DNA of 64,000 nucleotides from NCBI GenBank assembly GCA_964252035.1, contig OZ176200.1. The stretch is one strand, 5' to 3'. Shown piece by piece: positions 48,700-61,130 of the stretch. Within the stretch, counting starts at the first letter, position 1. Every line of letters starts with the position of its first letter. The DNA comes from Podarcis erhardii (taxonomy: Eukaryota). The translations under genes and the position numbers were made by a program. The notes under the pieces were generated by a model. That model saw only the letters and a program-made list of their open reading frames with translations, did not search any database and had not been told where the DNA came from.

Positions 48700-49566
48700 C
48701 TCCTGCTGCAGTAGGGAATGTCCTAGAAGTAGCTTATACCTGACAGTAGTTTCAGCTCAAAGGAATTGGATCACTATTTGTTCAGAAAAATATAGAGAAA
48801 TGTTCAGAAGGAGATAAGGCAAATCCTGGCATCATGTGTGATACACACACCCTGAAAGAACATGAGCAGCAGGGATTTTTTAAAGCCAGAACTCGGCAAA
48901 ACTCAATTTCGGCACCTCTCAGGTGGGCACCTTTGCCATTATAAGAGAACAAGGGATGTGTTCATGGCAAGTTCCAGCACCTCTTTTTCTAGAAAAACAG
49001 CGCTAATGAACAGTGATATAAATTCCTTACAAACTTTGAAAGAAGGTGATTGGGTGATTGATGGGAGTGTCCCTGACTTTGTGCACATCAGGCCAGGTTA
49101 AAAATAGGGTGCATGCCCCATTAAATGAAAACAACTTCTATACACATGCTGATGAGCCAAGCAGCAGCCCAGAGTACAAACTCTGAGCCAAGTGGCAGAA
49201 TGTGATGGAGCAGGGGTAAAGGTTGTGAACCGTTCATGAGATGGTCAGTCTATTCCCCTGCACATAATTAAGAGTGCATACTCAAGATAAGAACATAAAC
49301 ATTGCCTTACTAGATCAGGTCAAGGTCCATCCTGCATTCTGCTGCCAACAGTGGCCAACCTTAGGAAAGCACACATATGTGAATGTGACAGCCATCGTCT
49401 TTGACCCCACTTTCTGGAAGCGGGAGGTATACTGCTTCAAAACATGGAGGGTTCACTCTAAGCCACTGCTGCAGTGTTCATTCATCTATATTCAACCCTG
49501 TTTCCAAATACATCTAAGCTGGCAGCCTTCATCACCATCTCATGGCATTAAATTTGGCAACGACTA

Positions 49567-49900
49567 TGGGTTAAACCACAGAGCTTAGGACTTGCCGATC
49601 AGAAGGTTGGCGGTTCGAATCCCCGTGACGGGGTGAGCTCCCGTTGCTCGGCCCCTGCTCCTTCCAACCTAGCAGTTCAAAAGCACGTCAAAGTGCAAGT
49701 AGATAAATAGGTACCACTCCAGCAGGAAGGTAAACGGCGTTTCCGTGCGCTGCTCTGGTTCACCAGAAGCGGCTTAGTCATGCTGGCCACATGACCTGGA
49801 AGCTGTACGCCAGCTCCCTTGGCCACTAAAGCGAGATGAGCACCGCAACCCCAGAGTCGTCCGTGACTGGACCTAATGATCAGGGATCCCTTTACCTACC
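49567..49900 (+). mobile_element. Sauria SINE, slightly 5'-truncated
   Basis: Same body as other copies; followed by an older CR1-like 3' remnant. Confidence 0.9.
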
Positions 49901-52377
49901 AAATTTGAAGGCTCTAAAAGGACTTCAGACAAATTCATGGGGGTGGGGGAGGCTATCAGTGGCTACTAGCTATGATGGCTATGTTCAAGGACTTCCACTT
50001 CCACAACAGGGCTTTCCTGCCTCTTCCTCCTCGCACACACACAATTTCCTGGGGGTGGGGTTTCAGGAGAACCCATGGATCAGTGCATAGCAAGAGAACA
50101 GAGGGGGTTGGTCATTCCTTCATGGAAGCCCAAATGCTTGCCTTGATGGAGCATTGCCTTGATCTTAGCATGACATTGCATTCTTCTCAACACCTCCAAA
50201 TCCTAGGTGCTTGGAGTCACACTTGATTGGTCACTGAGAATAGGATGCTAGGCTGGAAGGGCCTTGGGCCTAACCCAACAGGGGAATCTTCTTATGTTCT
50301 TATATTGGGCCATTCACTATGCGTTATATGTGCTTCCTTTTTTCTGTCCTGAACCTACTGCCAGTCAGTTTCACTGAATCACAGTTTGGCCCCCTTTCCC
50401 TATTGCACAGCTCCTGCACAACAAGAAGAAACTGAGGAGACAGCCCTGTTCCTAAAGATGCCTTGATGAGGAAAGCTGTACCCATGGAAGGCAAAGGAAC
50501 TCAGGAACACCTAGCAGCTCTCTAAGGGAACAAGAGAAAATTCTAAACACCATTGGGGGCAGCTGTGCAAATATTAAGAATAAGGGGAAAGTTACGGTTC
50601 TAAGGCAAAGAGGACATGATCTGAGCTTCTTGTGGTGATGGAATGTGTTGGAAATTCCGAAGGAGCTCAGTGGAAGGAAAAGGCCAGAGGTGGGAGTAGG
50701 CTGGGAAGCAGCAAAATGTGGTTAAAGTCCAACAAGCCACATATTGTAAAACAAGAAATTCTTTGCAGCTGAGGAGTGGTGATTTTTGAAGATAATTGAG
50801 ATGAAGGATTGACTTTAGTGCTGCTCTTTTTTTTTTTCTAGACCAGAAGTATTGCAGAAACCTGATTGATTGCCTTCCAGCCTTTTGTGATTATGTCATT
50901 TTGTTCTTCAGCGCTGGTTCTTCAAATATTCTGACAGATTCTTACAAAACTTTCACTAATAGGGTATGTAGAAGGAGTTGGTGGTGGTGTAGAAGGTAAT
51001 TAATCATTGTAATAATAATAAAAGTAGTAGTTTCATCCGCATTATTTTAGTACATGGTTGTTGTATTGAGAGCTGCCTTGAGTGTTCAGAAACGGGATGC
51101 CATAAAGGTGGATAAATCTATTGTGTTTCAGACCAATAAAATATTTAGTGGGTTAGAATTATCTGTCTGCTTTTACTACTTTGAATCTGATTTATCTTTC
51201 TGTTTTCTACCTCAGGTCAGGTTGCCTAGTGCAGAAACATTCTGTAAAGGTGAGGAAACCCAATGGTCAGTCATTATGAAGAAATGAGTCAAAACAATGG
51301 GATTCTTTATGGAGAGGACAGTGGGGAGCGCTAGGAGGACTCCTCTTCCAACAGAGACTCCTCTTCCACTAGAGCTGCCAGGATTAGGGAAATTCTCTCT
51401 TACTCTTGAAAGCAGGTATATAAGCAGGGCTGACCCAAGACATTTTGCTGCCTGAGGTGAAGGACAAGATGATTATTGCCCCACATTCCGTGTACAGAAG
51501 TCAGCTGGACTTGCAGTTGGGTTTCACTTCCACACTTGTCACAGGGCCACATCCTGCACCAGACATGAGGGCAGCAGGGAGTTCAGGGCAACCCACAGCT
51601 CTCTCCTGCAACACCTTGCCTCTGTGCCCCCCTGTGGCCTGACTCTACCCAATGGTAGGGCCAGCCCTCCTCAGAAAGAATAAAGGGAAAATCCCATATG
51701 ATCTAGCTGCTAAAGTGGCTTTATGTCCATGTTTTAGGAGGTGGATAAACAATCAGGCTATTTACTAATCACTTAACTACTATTTAATACATTTTCATCC
51801 TGCTGTTGTATTTGCAGTTTTGTACACCCCCTAGGCTGAGCTGGCATTCTAATTTGCATGATGGAGGAAGGACCAAAAGCTCATCTCCCCATGCACATAT
51901 GTGAGATGGGTCTTCGTATCTGGGATTACCTGATTCCCCCCCCCCCTTTGGGGGGGCGAGGTCCTTATTTATAATGAAATTGAAACTTAAAGCAAATGTC
52001 ACAAATGAAAATCATGTGATTGCAAAGTTGGACGTGTCAGCAAGTGAAGAGGTTCAGCACTGACCTTTGAGGCGTAACCAGAATTAGTCATCATCAGATT
52101 ATCATAGTCTGCATTAACACAAGTAACCATTATCTAAATGGATTGTGTTGAATCAGAAATACACACTTACTTTGGAGTGAACTCCACTGAACTCAGTGAG
52201 ACTTGATTCTAAGTTAAGGTGTACTTACAGTGTAGGATTCCATTGTTTAAAAGTTCAGCACTCTAGTTGTTAATGCTGCAGTTCTCCTTAGGGCCGATAG
52301 ATGTCAGCATTTGCAACAAATGCTTCATTTTATACTATGCTCACTTGAAAGCTGGTCATTCTGGAATCAGGGGAACT

Positions 52378-52472
52378 TAGAATCATAGAATCACAGAGTT
52401 GGAAGAGACCATAAGGGCCATCGAGTCCAACCCCCTGCCAAGCAGGAAACACCATCAGAGCACTCCTGACAT
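52378..52472 (-). mobile_element. CR1 3' end
   Basis: Reverse (ATTCTATG)n-type tail and GGGGGTTGGACT motif. Confidence 0.75.
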
Positions 52473-52949
52473 AACTTATTCTCTAGTTTAGAGAACGTGG
52501 TTAGGATAAGACCCTAAACTGTGCTTTTGTTCTGTGTTTGAAAGGGATAATGCTACCCTTGATTGCAAATGCCTGTAATTTGCTTATTGGTTGCGGCCAG
52601 GTTGGTCATCTCTCAAAGATGGAAAAACTCATATTTGGTTATGCTGGACAAATGCTATGCTAAAGCATTGTTTATTACCATCTCAGAAAAACCAAGACAC
52701 TATTTAAAACTTTAAAGAGCCATGCAACAGGGTCTTCCTCTAGTCCTCCTCAACTTCTTCCTCCACTGTTGGCACAAATTCCAAACTTACTCCTCCAGCA
52801 GGTAAATTAACCTCCTTTTGTACCTAGTTTTGCTCCTTCTTTACATTTCCTCTACCTCCTGGCATTACACAATGACATCGCAACAGCCTCTTCGTTCAGT
52901 ATGACCATTGCTTACTATACAAGACCTCGCCTTACGAATTCTGAATACC

Positions 52950-53092
52950 AGTTGCTGGCAGCTGCCGGAGGAGAGAGGGTTGTTGCGCTCAAGTCCTGCT
53001 TGCAGGTTTTGCACAGGCTTCTGGCTGGCCGCTTCGAGGATGCTGGATTAAATGGGCCGTAGTCCTGATCCAGCATGCTCTTCTTAAATTCT
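52950..53092 (+). mobile_element. CR1-type 3' remnant (similar short tails near 11225, 24725, 25775, 50240)
   Basis: GGATGCTGGA..AGATGGGCC...CTGATCCAGCA..CTCTTCTTA tail. Confidence 0.6.
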
Positions 53093-53172
53093 TAATTCTG
53101 ATCTCTGGATTCTAATCCCACAATGAATACTTACCTCAGAATAGGGGGGAGGGCCATCACAAATAGTGGTGT

Positions 53173-53672
53173 AAATTAAAAGACGCCTGCTTCTTGGGAG
53201 AAAGGCAATGACAAACCTAGACAGCATCTTAAAAAGCAGAGACATCACCTTGCCAACAAAGGTCCGTATAGTTAAAGCTATGGTTTTCCCAGTAGTGATG
53301 TATGGAAGCGAGAGCTGGAGCATAAAGAAGGCTGATTGCCGAAGAATTGATGCTTTTGAATTATGGTGCTGGAGGAGACTCTTGAGGGTCCCATGGACTG
53401 CAAGAAGATCAAACCTATCCATTCTGAAGGAAATCAGCCCTGAGTGCTCACTGGAAGGACAGATCGTGAAGCTGAGACTCCAATACTTTGGCCACCTCAT
53501 GAGAAGAGAAGACTCCCTGGAAAAGACCCTGATGTTGGGGAAGATGGAGGGCACAAGGAGAAGGGGACGACAGAGGATGAGATGGTTGGACAGTGTTCTC
53601 AAAGCTACCAGCATGAGTTTGACCAAACTGCAGGAGGCAGTGGAAGACAGGAGTTGGACACGACTAAATGAC

Positions 53673-53711
<39 letters not shown>
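53173..53711 (+). mobile_element. Bov-B (RTE) LINE 3' fragment
   Basis: 155-aa open RT C-terminal frame; 36-nt in-frame deletion relative to the 27 kb copy; long (AAC)n tail. Confidence 0.95.
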
Positions 53712-53789
53712 CATACTTTGAATGTAAGAGGTTCCAGATTCAATCCTTACATTGCTTGGAGGCTACAGTGGTATATTAATTTTTATATA

Positions 53790-54150
53790 TATATAAATAT
53801 ACGATACGATAATCTTTATTGTCATTGCCCCATACAGAACAACAAAATTGAAAAAATCTACATCAGACATTGAAAAACCAACAAGCCTGCTATCCCAGCT
53901 ATCCCAGCCTGGTTAGCCCCCTAAAAACACTGATACCCCATAATTAAATTAAATATACTTCCACAGAGACTACCTTACACTGCGTTTAAAACCAAAATCG
54001 CATTTGAATAGAAACTGTTTCTCAGGCGGCTAGTCCTAGTCTTTATAACCCTGTACCTACTTCCAGAAGGCAGAAGCTGAAAGAGATAATTTCCAGGGTG
54101 CGCACTGTCTTGCGCCATCTCTGCAGCTTTCTTATGGCACCTGCAAGCAT
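53790..54150 (-). mobile_element. Rex1/Babar LINE 3' fragment
   Basis: HPGNYLFQLLPSGSRYRVIKTRTSRLRNSFYSNAILVLN* is the typical Rex1/Babar C-terminus. Confidence 0.8.
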
Positions 54151-55220
54151 AGATTTGAAATAAGCAAAGAAACAAACTTCAGGTAGGGCTGAGAAAGACT
54201 CCTGTCTGAAATCCTAGCAAGTCACCGGCTGTCAGTCAATGTATACAATACTTTGCTAGATGGACCAAATTAGGCAGCTTCCTAATATGCCCACCTGAAG
54301 TGGCTTTTTAAAAAATTATTTTTAGGCAGGACTTCCCACTAGTAGTTTTTGTATGAGTGCCTTATAGTTCCCCTCCCTCTACTATAAATGGGTATTTCAA
54401 AGGTCCAAGGGACATTTCATGGGGCTTTCCATCCCCACTGGTCCCCATATTCTGGGCAGATGTGGGGAATACTGTATATTTTAGCTAGGGGCCACATTCC
54501 CTTCTGATCAATGTTCTAGGGGCCACATGCCAGGGATGAGTGGGGCCAGAGGGCAGAGGAATGAATGCAAATTTTACCTTTGTACAGTAGGCTAGTCAGT
54601 GTCTACACCCCCCTCTCTGTTCCCCTTCGAAGGAAGCAAGAGGACCGATCAGAGTTCAAGGACGAAATAGGGGAAAGCACTGGAGGGGTGTGTGCAAAGC
54701 AAATTTGGTAGGTGGTGCAGCTGGGAAGAGGCCGTGGCCTGGAGAGAGTCTTTGAGGGCCAGTTAGAGAGCCTTAGAGAGAGCCACCCCTACTTTTCATA
54801 TCTCAAGGCAAATGAGAGGTCACTGGGTTTGGTGTGGAGGGAAAACCCTGGTGATAAGAGCTTTTTTTTTTTTCTGGTTATGCCCAAAGTTGCCATTTTT
54901 GTATTCCGTATAGGAATTATGGCAATCCAAGCACAGTTTTTTTATGCAGCAATCATATTTGCTCCACAGCAGGAGAACAATATGTTCTCTGTTTATCAAA
55001 GCTTCTCACACAAGACCCTTTCTGGACAAAAAAACACAGTGTGGATGTTACTCTACTGAAGAATGTTGCAGCTGAGAATTACCACAGCCTCAAATCGTCC
55101 TCAGATCAGAAAAATCACTGGGAAAACTAGTAAGATAGGGAATGGGAGCAGCTGCTTAAAACACACAAGCAGGCATCAGGAATTTTGCAGGCTTCTCACT
55201 TTCTCCCCCACCTTCCCTAA

Positions 55221-55373
55221 TATGGGCGTAGTCAGTGGGGCAGGGAGGGGCAGCTGCCCTCCATCAAGTAAAACAATAGAATTGCTTAACTAACTGACCA
55301 ATCATGATGGTTCTGCCCCCCCCCCACAACAAAGTCCTGCCTCCCCCCAACAAAAATCCTGTCTACACCCATG
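55221..55373. mobile_element. hAT-type MITE
   Basis: TATGGGCGTAG / CTACACCCATG termini; TSD TTCCCTAA/CTCCCTAA (7/8). Confidence 0.7.
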
Positions 55374-56373
55374 CTCCCTAACACAAGTTTTAACAAGTAT
55401 TTATCAGGCCCAATTTTCTCAATGGAAGCTATCTTTAATGTGTAGAGATGCAGCCTCAAGTTCTCCATTGCAGCTATATGGAGGACTGGACAGTAGTTCC
55501 CATCAGAGGGGGAAAGGTGCAGCCCTAGAGGTAACAGGAAATACTTCAACTTTGGTGTTTCTATGAAATTATTTCAAAAGACAGAACAGATTATGCCTGG
55601 CTTTATGGAATTTGTGCCATAGCTTTGCTGTACTGTATCTCCCAAACCAATTAGCAATGCAACTATACAGCTCGCTGCCTCTGTGTATTGCATAACTATT
55701 ACAACATTTTTCAGGACCAGATTTTCTATCCACCAGAGTAGACCACCGTTTTACTGAGCATTTGTCCTGATTTATTTGCAAAAACTTTTCAGGGTGTCTG
55801 CTTGTTTGAAGGAAGGTTATTACACGATGTACCACTCAATTGCCACGCCAAACTTGCTAGTGCATTTCCCTGTCGCAAGTTACCTCAGAAAGTTTGATAT
55901 TTTTGGAAGTGGGTTTGTTGTGGTTGGAAGAGTTCAAGTCCACTTTCACTGTACAACCCTAAATTTGCCAGCATATGCTTAAATCCCACCTGCAAAGTAG
56001 TGACAATCTGGAAGAAGCCTCAGAATGACTTCCTCCTAGGGCAAATAGCAGCTGTGGGTGAGGAATTTGGATGAGGACCATGGCTGGGACAGAGGGTTAA
56101 ATTCCCTGACCACCACCACCACTGCAGTCTTAGTCCACCTTGGTTTCCTCTGTGGCTGCTATTTAGCAAACAAAACCCCAAGCACAGCATTGTTCATCAT
56201 GTAGAACACGTATTTTGTCCTGAATATGCAGCAACAATTCATAGTGGCTTCCTTGCCCAGTTTCCCTTGTCTCGTTGTTTCTTAACTCTGCAAGGGAAGG
56301 TCAGACCAGGTTTAAAAAATAAAACATTAAACTTATATATATATATATACTGTATATATATAAAAAAGAGATC

Positions 56374-56379
56374 TTTATT
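56374..56379 (-). terminator. Probable BATF polyadenylation signal
   Basis: AATAAA on minus strand about 380 nt after the BATF stop, followed by an AT-rich tract. Confidence 0.55.
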
Positions 56380-56754
56380 TAAAAAAATAATGGATCAACA
56401 CCTTTTGTTCTCTGTGTCCACAGAACCACTAGTATACATTTTACAACAGAACATGGCTTATTGTACAAGGCTCTGTGATAAGAAGATCAGTGCAAACAAC
56501 AGAACAGTACCGATAGCGGTTACTGTAGATTAAATCACACACACAATAACCTGCAGGTGAGTCTCGCATGTCACAGGTTCTTCACAAAGGCCAAATCCTA
56601 CTGACATTTTACTCCTTATTCAGGACAGCACCTGCCAACAGATATATGGGAATACCCCCCCCCAATGGTCCATAGTGGTGAGGTACATCTCTCCTCCTCC
56701 TCCTTCTGTCCAGGCACGGAGTCTGCAAACTTTTCCCAGTCCTAGAAGTTGCTC

Positions 56755-56964
56755 TCAATGCTGGAAGCATGGGGCACTGATGTGGGTCTGGGGAAAGGGG
56801 AGTGGCGTGAAAAGCACTTCGGTGGGGGCTGGGGGCTGCGTATGGAGGATGGAGCAGTGAGTCTCGTGGGAGGTCAGCATGGCAGAGAAGTGTTTCAGTT
56901 CATCTGACAGTTGCTTGATCTCCCGGCGCAAAGCGGCATTCTGCCTCTCCAAGTCTTGACTCTC
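56755..56964 (-). CDS. BATF: BATF exon 3 (leucine zipper to stop, 210 nt)
   Basis: aaAG|ESQDLERQNAALRREIKQLSDELKHFSAMLTSHE...HISAPCFQH*; matches BATF C-terminus; BATF-FLVCR2 synteny. Confidence 0.95.
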   Translation of the reverse strand, partial: ESQDLERQNAALRREIKQLSDELKHFSAMLTSHETHCSILHTQPPAPTEVLFTPLPFPQTHISAPCFQH

Positions 56965-57166
56965 CTTTGAAGAAAAGGGGGGAGGGAATCAGTTAGAAAC
57001 GATAGGCCCACCGTGGAGAAAGAAAATGGGGCAGTCCAGTGGCTGAAGGGCCAAATGCAGGCCTTGGCCTAATTATATGTAGGCGACATGGCGAGGAAAA
57101 ACTGAGGTAAAAGAGGATGAAAGAAGGAAGTTGCATCCACACCATAAATTTATATTACATTTAAAG

Positions 57167-57765
57167 CAGGCATGTCCAACAGGTAGATCATGATCTATTG
57201 CGTATCGAGACCCCTCAGCCACCTCCTCATTGGGAAAAAACTCACACCAGGACACAGGTATTAAGTTTATGTTATTGGGCATATTTGGTCACAACTTTAT
57301 TGAATTACAGAATGTGAGCGGTATTGGCTTAGGAATTGATTGAACCCAACTATATCTGACTCCTGCCCGCAGCGCAGGAAGTCCGTTCCAAGAGGAAGTC
57401 CTCCGGCTCGCTCCTCCATTTAAACTGCCCCGGCCATGCCCTCCTGGCCAGCGGATTGGCTAGCCAGGCTCTGATGTGGCTGGGATCCCCCGGGCAATGG
57501 GGGACAAAGTCCCCTGCTCCCAGTGGGAAGTGGATGGCCATGTGGTCCACCACAACTCCTCCCCACTGTTAGATCACCGACTCCCCTCAATGTTGTCTCC
57601 CCTGAAAAAAGCTCAACTACTCTGACCTGAACCCCTAAAAATGGGGCTTTCCTCTTCCCTACAAAAGCTCAACAACTTAGACCAGAACCTCAAAAAATGG
57701 GGGTAGATCACTGCCAGTTTTTAACTGTCGGTAGATCGCAGTCTCTTGGGAGTTGGCCACCCCTG
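57167..57765. mobile_element. hAT-type element with LTR-like passenger in BATF intron 2
   Basis: TIRs CAGGCATGTCCAAC / GTTGGCCACCCCTG; perfect TSD ATTTAAAG; GTAGATC motifs; insert about 57201-57564. Confidence 0.85.
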
Positions 57766-59171
57766 ATTTAAAGCATGCAACTTTCCCCAGAGAATCCTGT
57801 ATAGCCCAGACTCTTCCCTCCTTTCCTAGTAAGGGACAATGAGCCCTGCTGCAGGCCTCTATTTTAAAGTCCTGTCAAGGAACTGTATATAGCCCTGTTT
57901 TAATAGATTGATGGATTACCATTATCAGTGTGGAACCTGAATGAGTAAACAAGGTTCCAACATGCTAGTAAAAGTGAGAAAAGGGCAGGGAAATGATACA
58001 TTGGGGATATCAACAAAAGAAAGCAGGATCTCACTATAAGGTGGAGGACAGAGGTGGTGATTTAGAGTGCAGCACGAGAGGCGGAGAGACACTGAATTTT
58101 TGTACCGTGCAGAGTGAGTGCTGCTGAAATATTGAGACCCCAAGATCAGCCACTGGTGGAGGGTGGTTAGTTAATTATGAGTTTAGGACAGTTCAAGAAA
58201 CTAGCTGTATCTTTTAACAGTGGGCATTATGAAAAACACAGGTTGATACTTGCAGCTCAAGGGAGGAAGAGGTCTTAGCTTGCATCCTGCTATGTCCTGT
58301 GAGCAGGATAAGCAATCCCTTTCTTCATCTCTTAAGGCCCCAATGGGGGAATTTCCTTTTAATGCAAATACCAGCTTCAGAGGAGGGATTTTCCTCAGAA
58401 CTGCAGCAGGGGAGGAAATGGTTAAATACCCCCCCCCCATAAGATCTAGATAATTATCACTTCCTCCCCCAACTGGTGTTATTTGCATTTAAAAAGTTAA
58501 AAGCAAAGACACATTTAATGTCAAGTTTAGTTTGGCCCTGAAAGAGAAAAGAGAGGGTGGGCAATAAATTAGCTGCCTTCCAGCTCTGTCTAGATTACCA
58601 GAATTATTTCCTTTCATCTTTCCTGGCAGGGAGGTGTATCCCCAGCTACTCCTGTGCAACTCAATTTGCTTCTGTTCTTCAGAGCTAGAAGTTGAAAAGG
58701 AGGAGGGAGGGCATCCAGTAATTATTTTCTCCACAACAGATGAAGTGATGATCTCTGAGGTTTGCGGTTGCCAATTCCCACAATTGTAGTGACACTTGTT
58801 TTTTTTCAGTCACCAAAGTCACAGGAATTGCAACAGAGAACTGTGGCCCATGCAGATGTGTACAGAACTTGGGGGTCATGCTATGGGTTTCCATGTGAAT
58901 ACACACATCCGGTGAGCCGGTGTGGTACAGGGCAGTGTTTTCCCCAACTTTGTTTTCTGTAGACCACTTGAAAATTGCTGAGGGCCTTTGCAGGCCACTT
59001 AATTATTATTTTTTGTGCCTGCTGTACCAATTGCAATAGCCCTGCTTATTTGGTGCCTCTCAACAACCACTCATGTTGAGAACATCCAGGCTGTTGAGGA
59101 GGAAAGGAGACTTCTGCTTCAGGAGAGGCACTAAAGGGAGCACCATAGGATAGGAACCTCTGGTTCTAGAG

Positions 59172-59307
59172 CAGTGATGGCCAAACCTGGCCCTCCAGCT
59201 GTTTTGGGACTACAACTCCCATCATCCCTAGCTAACAGGACCAGTGGTCAGGGATGATGGGAACTGTAGTCCCAAAACCACTGGTGGCCCAAGTTTGGCC
59301 ATCACTG
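59172..59307. mobile_element. Palindromic hAT MITE inserted in a SINE head
   Basis: 15-bp TIR CAGTGATGGCCAAAC; internal palindrome; partial TSD ending TAGAG. Confidence 0.8.
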
Positions 59308-59490
59308 GGTTAGAGCATCCATCTAGGACCTGGGAGACCTGGTGATTCCCACTGGTGACCACGCACCAGTCCCTGTCTCTCAGCCTAACTAAAGCTTCAT
59401 TAGGTTGTTGTGAGGATAAAAATGGGGAGGAGAACCGAGTGTGCCCCCTTGAGCTACTTATACAAAAGGCAGGATATAAATATAATATTA
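59308..59490 (+). mobile_element. MIR-like/Squam3-type SINE
   Basis: CTCTCAGCCTAAC...GGTTGTTGTGAGGATAAAAT core and GGCAGGATATAAAT tail. Confidence 0.6.
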
Positions 59491-59705
59491 CATTCTAGAA
59501 AATTAGAAAGTATGGCTTTCTACAAGGTACATTGCCTGGAGCCCTTTTATAACATGCAAAATAGGCCTTAGGTACATTTGTAGAAAGAAGAGATCCACAG
59601 CAAGAAGCATCATAATTATTTTTTTGCTTTATAGTTTTCAGTTAGAAACCTCTCCCATCTGCTAGGCCCCAAAAGTGGCGGGGGGTGGGTGGGTGGGTGG
59701 AGGCT

Positions 59706-60060
59706 TTCCAAGCACAATTCAAAGTGTTGGTGCTGACCTTTAAAGCCCTAAACAGCCTCGGCCCAGTATACCTGAAGGAGCATCTCCACCCCCATCGTTC
59801 TGCCCGGACGCTGAGGTCCAGCTTTGAGGGCCTTGTGGCAATTCCCTCTCAATGCAAGAAGGGAAGTTACAGGGAACAAGGCCATCCTGTGGAATGCCCT
59901 TCCATCAGATAAACAAAAAGACACTTTGACTTTTTGTAGACAAGTGAAGGCAGGCTTGTTTCAGGAAGCTTTTAACGTTTGATCTTTTGCCGTGTTCCTT
60001 TATATTTTGTTGGAAGCCACCCAGAGCAGGTGGAGCAGGATTTAAAAAATAAATAAAAAT
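59706..60060 (+). mobile_element. L2 LINE 3' fragment
   Basis: AQFKVLVLTFKALNSLGPVYLKEHL; same family as the 41.8 kb copy. Confidence 0.85.
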
Positions 60061-60712
60061 GAGCAGGCCTCTGTTTTTGACTGCAATACTGTATCTAAGA
60101 AGTGGTAGTGGGAATGGGTCTGTGTGGGTGGGGTTCATAGCCTTTTTTCGCTAGCTACTCTAGAGTTTCCAGGCTGATTGACTGACGTTTTCTTCCTGTA
60201 AACTCATGTTCTGGGCAAACCCAAGCAGAGAACCCAGCCCCGTGCTGATAGCGGATGACATTTTCAGTCTTCGGCCGCACTCTCTCCCCAGCCGGCGACT
60301 TATGAGAAATGACAGCAGTGTATCCTCCGCCGCCTGTAGGTTCCCACTGCCTGTCACCAAGCCCTTTTCATACACGCGTATTTCCTCGGCCACAGACATC
60401 CTGACCCGAGAGAGCGTGCGGCTCAGGCCTCAAGGAGACAGAGTGGGGGTGGGGAGGTCAATAACTGCCATCTAGAAGTAGAAAAACCACCTGCCACAGG
60501 AAACCTGCTACTGGCCTAGAAGGAAAGTCTCACTTGTTTCTTTCAGCAGCTGGGGAAAGCGGCAACGCAATGGGGAAATTCACCAGAAGATAAAGGGGAG
60601 GGGAGCTTCCCTCTCCTTGTAGGTGCAAAAACACGGGGAAACGTTTCGTACAGAGAACAAGGCTGCTCTCCTTTAAAGTCCTGTTTGCAATTAAGATTGG
60701 CGGCATGGCGTA

Positions 60713-60938
60713 CAGTGGTACCTCAGGTTACATACGCTTCAGGTTACAGACTCCGCTAACTCAGAAATAGTGCTTCAGGTTAAGAACTTTGCTTCAGGAT
60801 GAGAACAGAAATCGTGCTCCGGCGGCGTGGCGGCAGCAGGAGGCCCCATTAGCTAAAGTGGTGCTTCAGGTTAAGAACAGTTTCAGGTTAAGAACAGACC
60901 TCCGGAACGAATTAAGTACTTAACCTGAGGTACCACTG
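60713..60938 (+). mobile_element. Tc1/mariner MITE family A
   Basis: Full length, TA flanks. Confidence 0.9.
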
Positions 60939-60960
60939 TACTGCTGAAAATATCTTTCCA

Positions 60961-61130
60961 AAGGCAGCCTCATTGGATTCTGCATTATCTTACTGAATGC
61001 TATTGTCGACACTGGCTGGCAGCAGATTTCTAGGGTTCAGGCAAGGGTCTTTTTCAGCCCTCCTTAGAGATGCCTGGGACCTTTTGGGTGTAAATTGTGT
61101 GCTCTGCTACTGAGCTATTGCCCTTCCCCA
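60961..61130 (-). mobile_element. Old tRNA-derived SINE
   Basis: GGGAAGGGCAATAGCTCAGTAG head; GCTGCCAGCCAGTGTCGACAATA body shared with 54181-54290. Confidence 0.6.
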
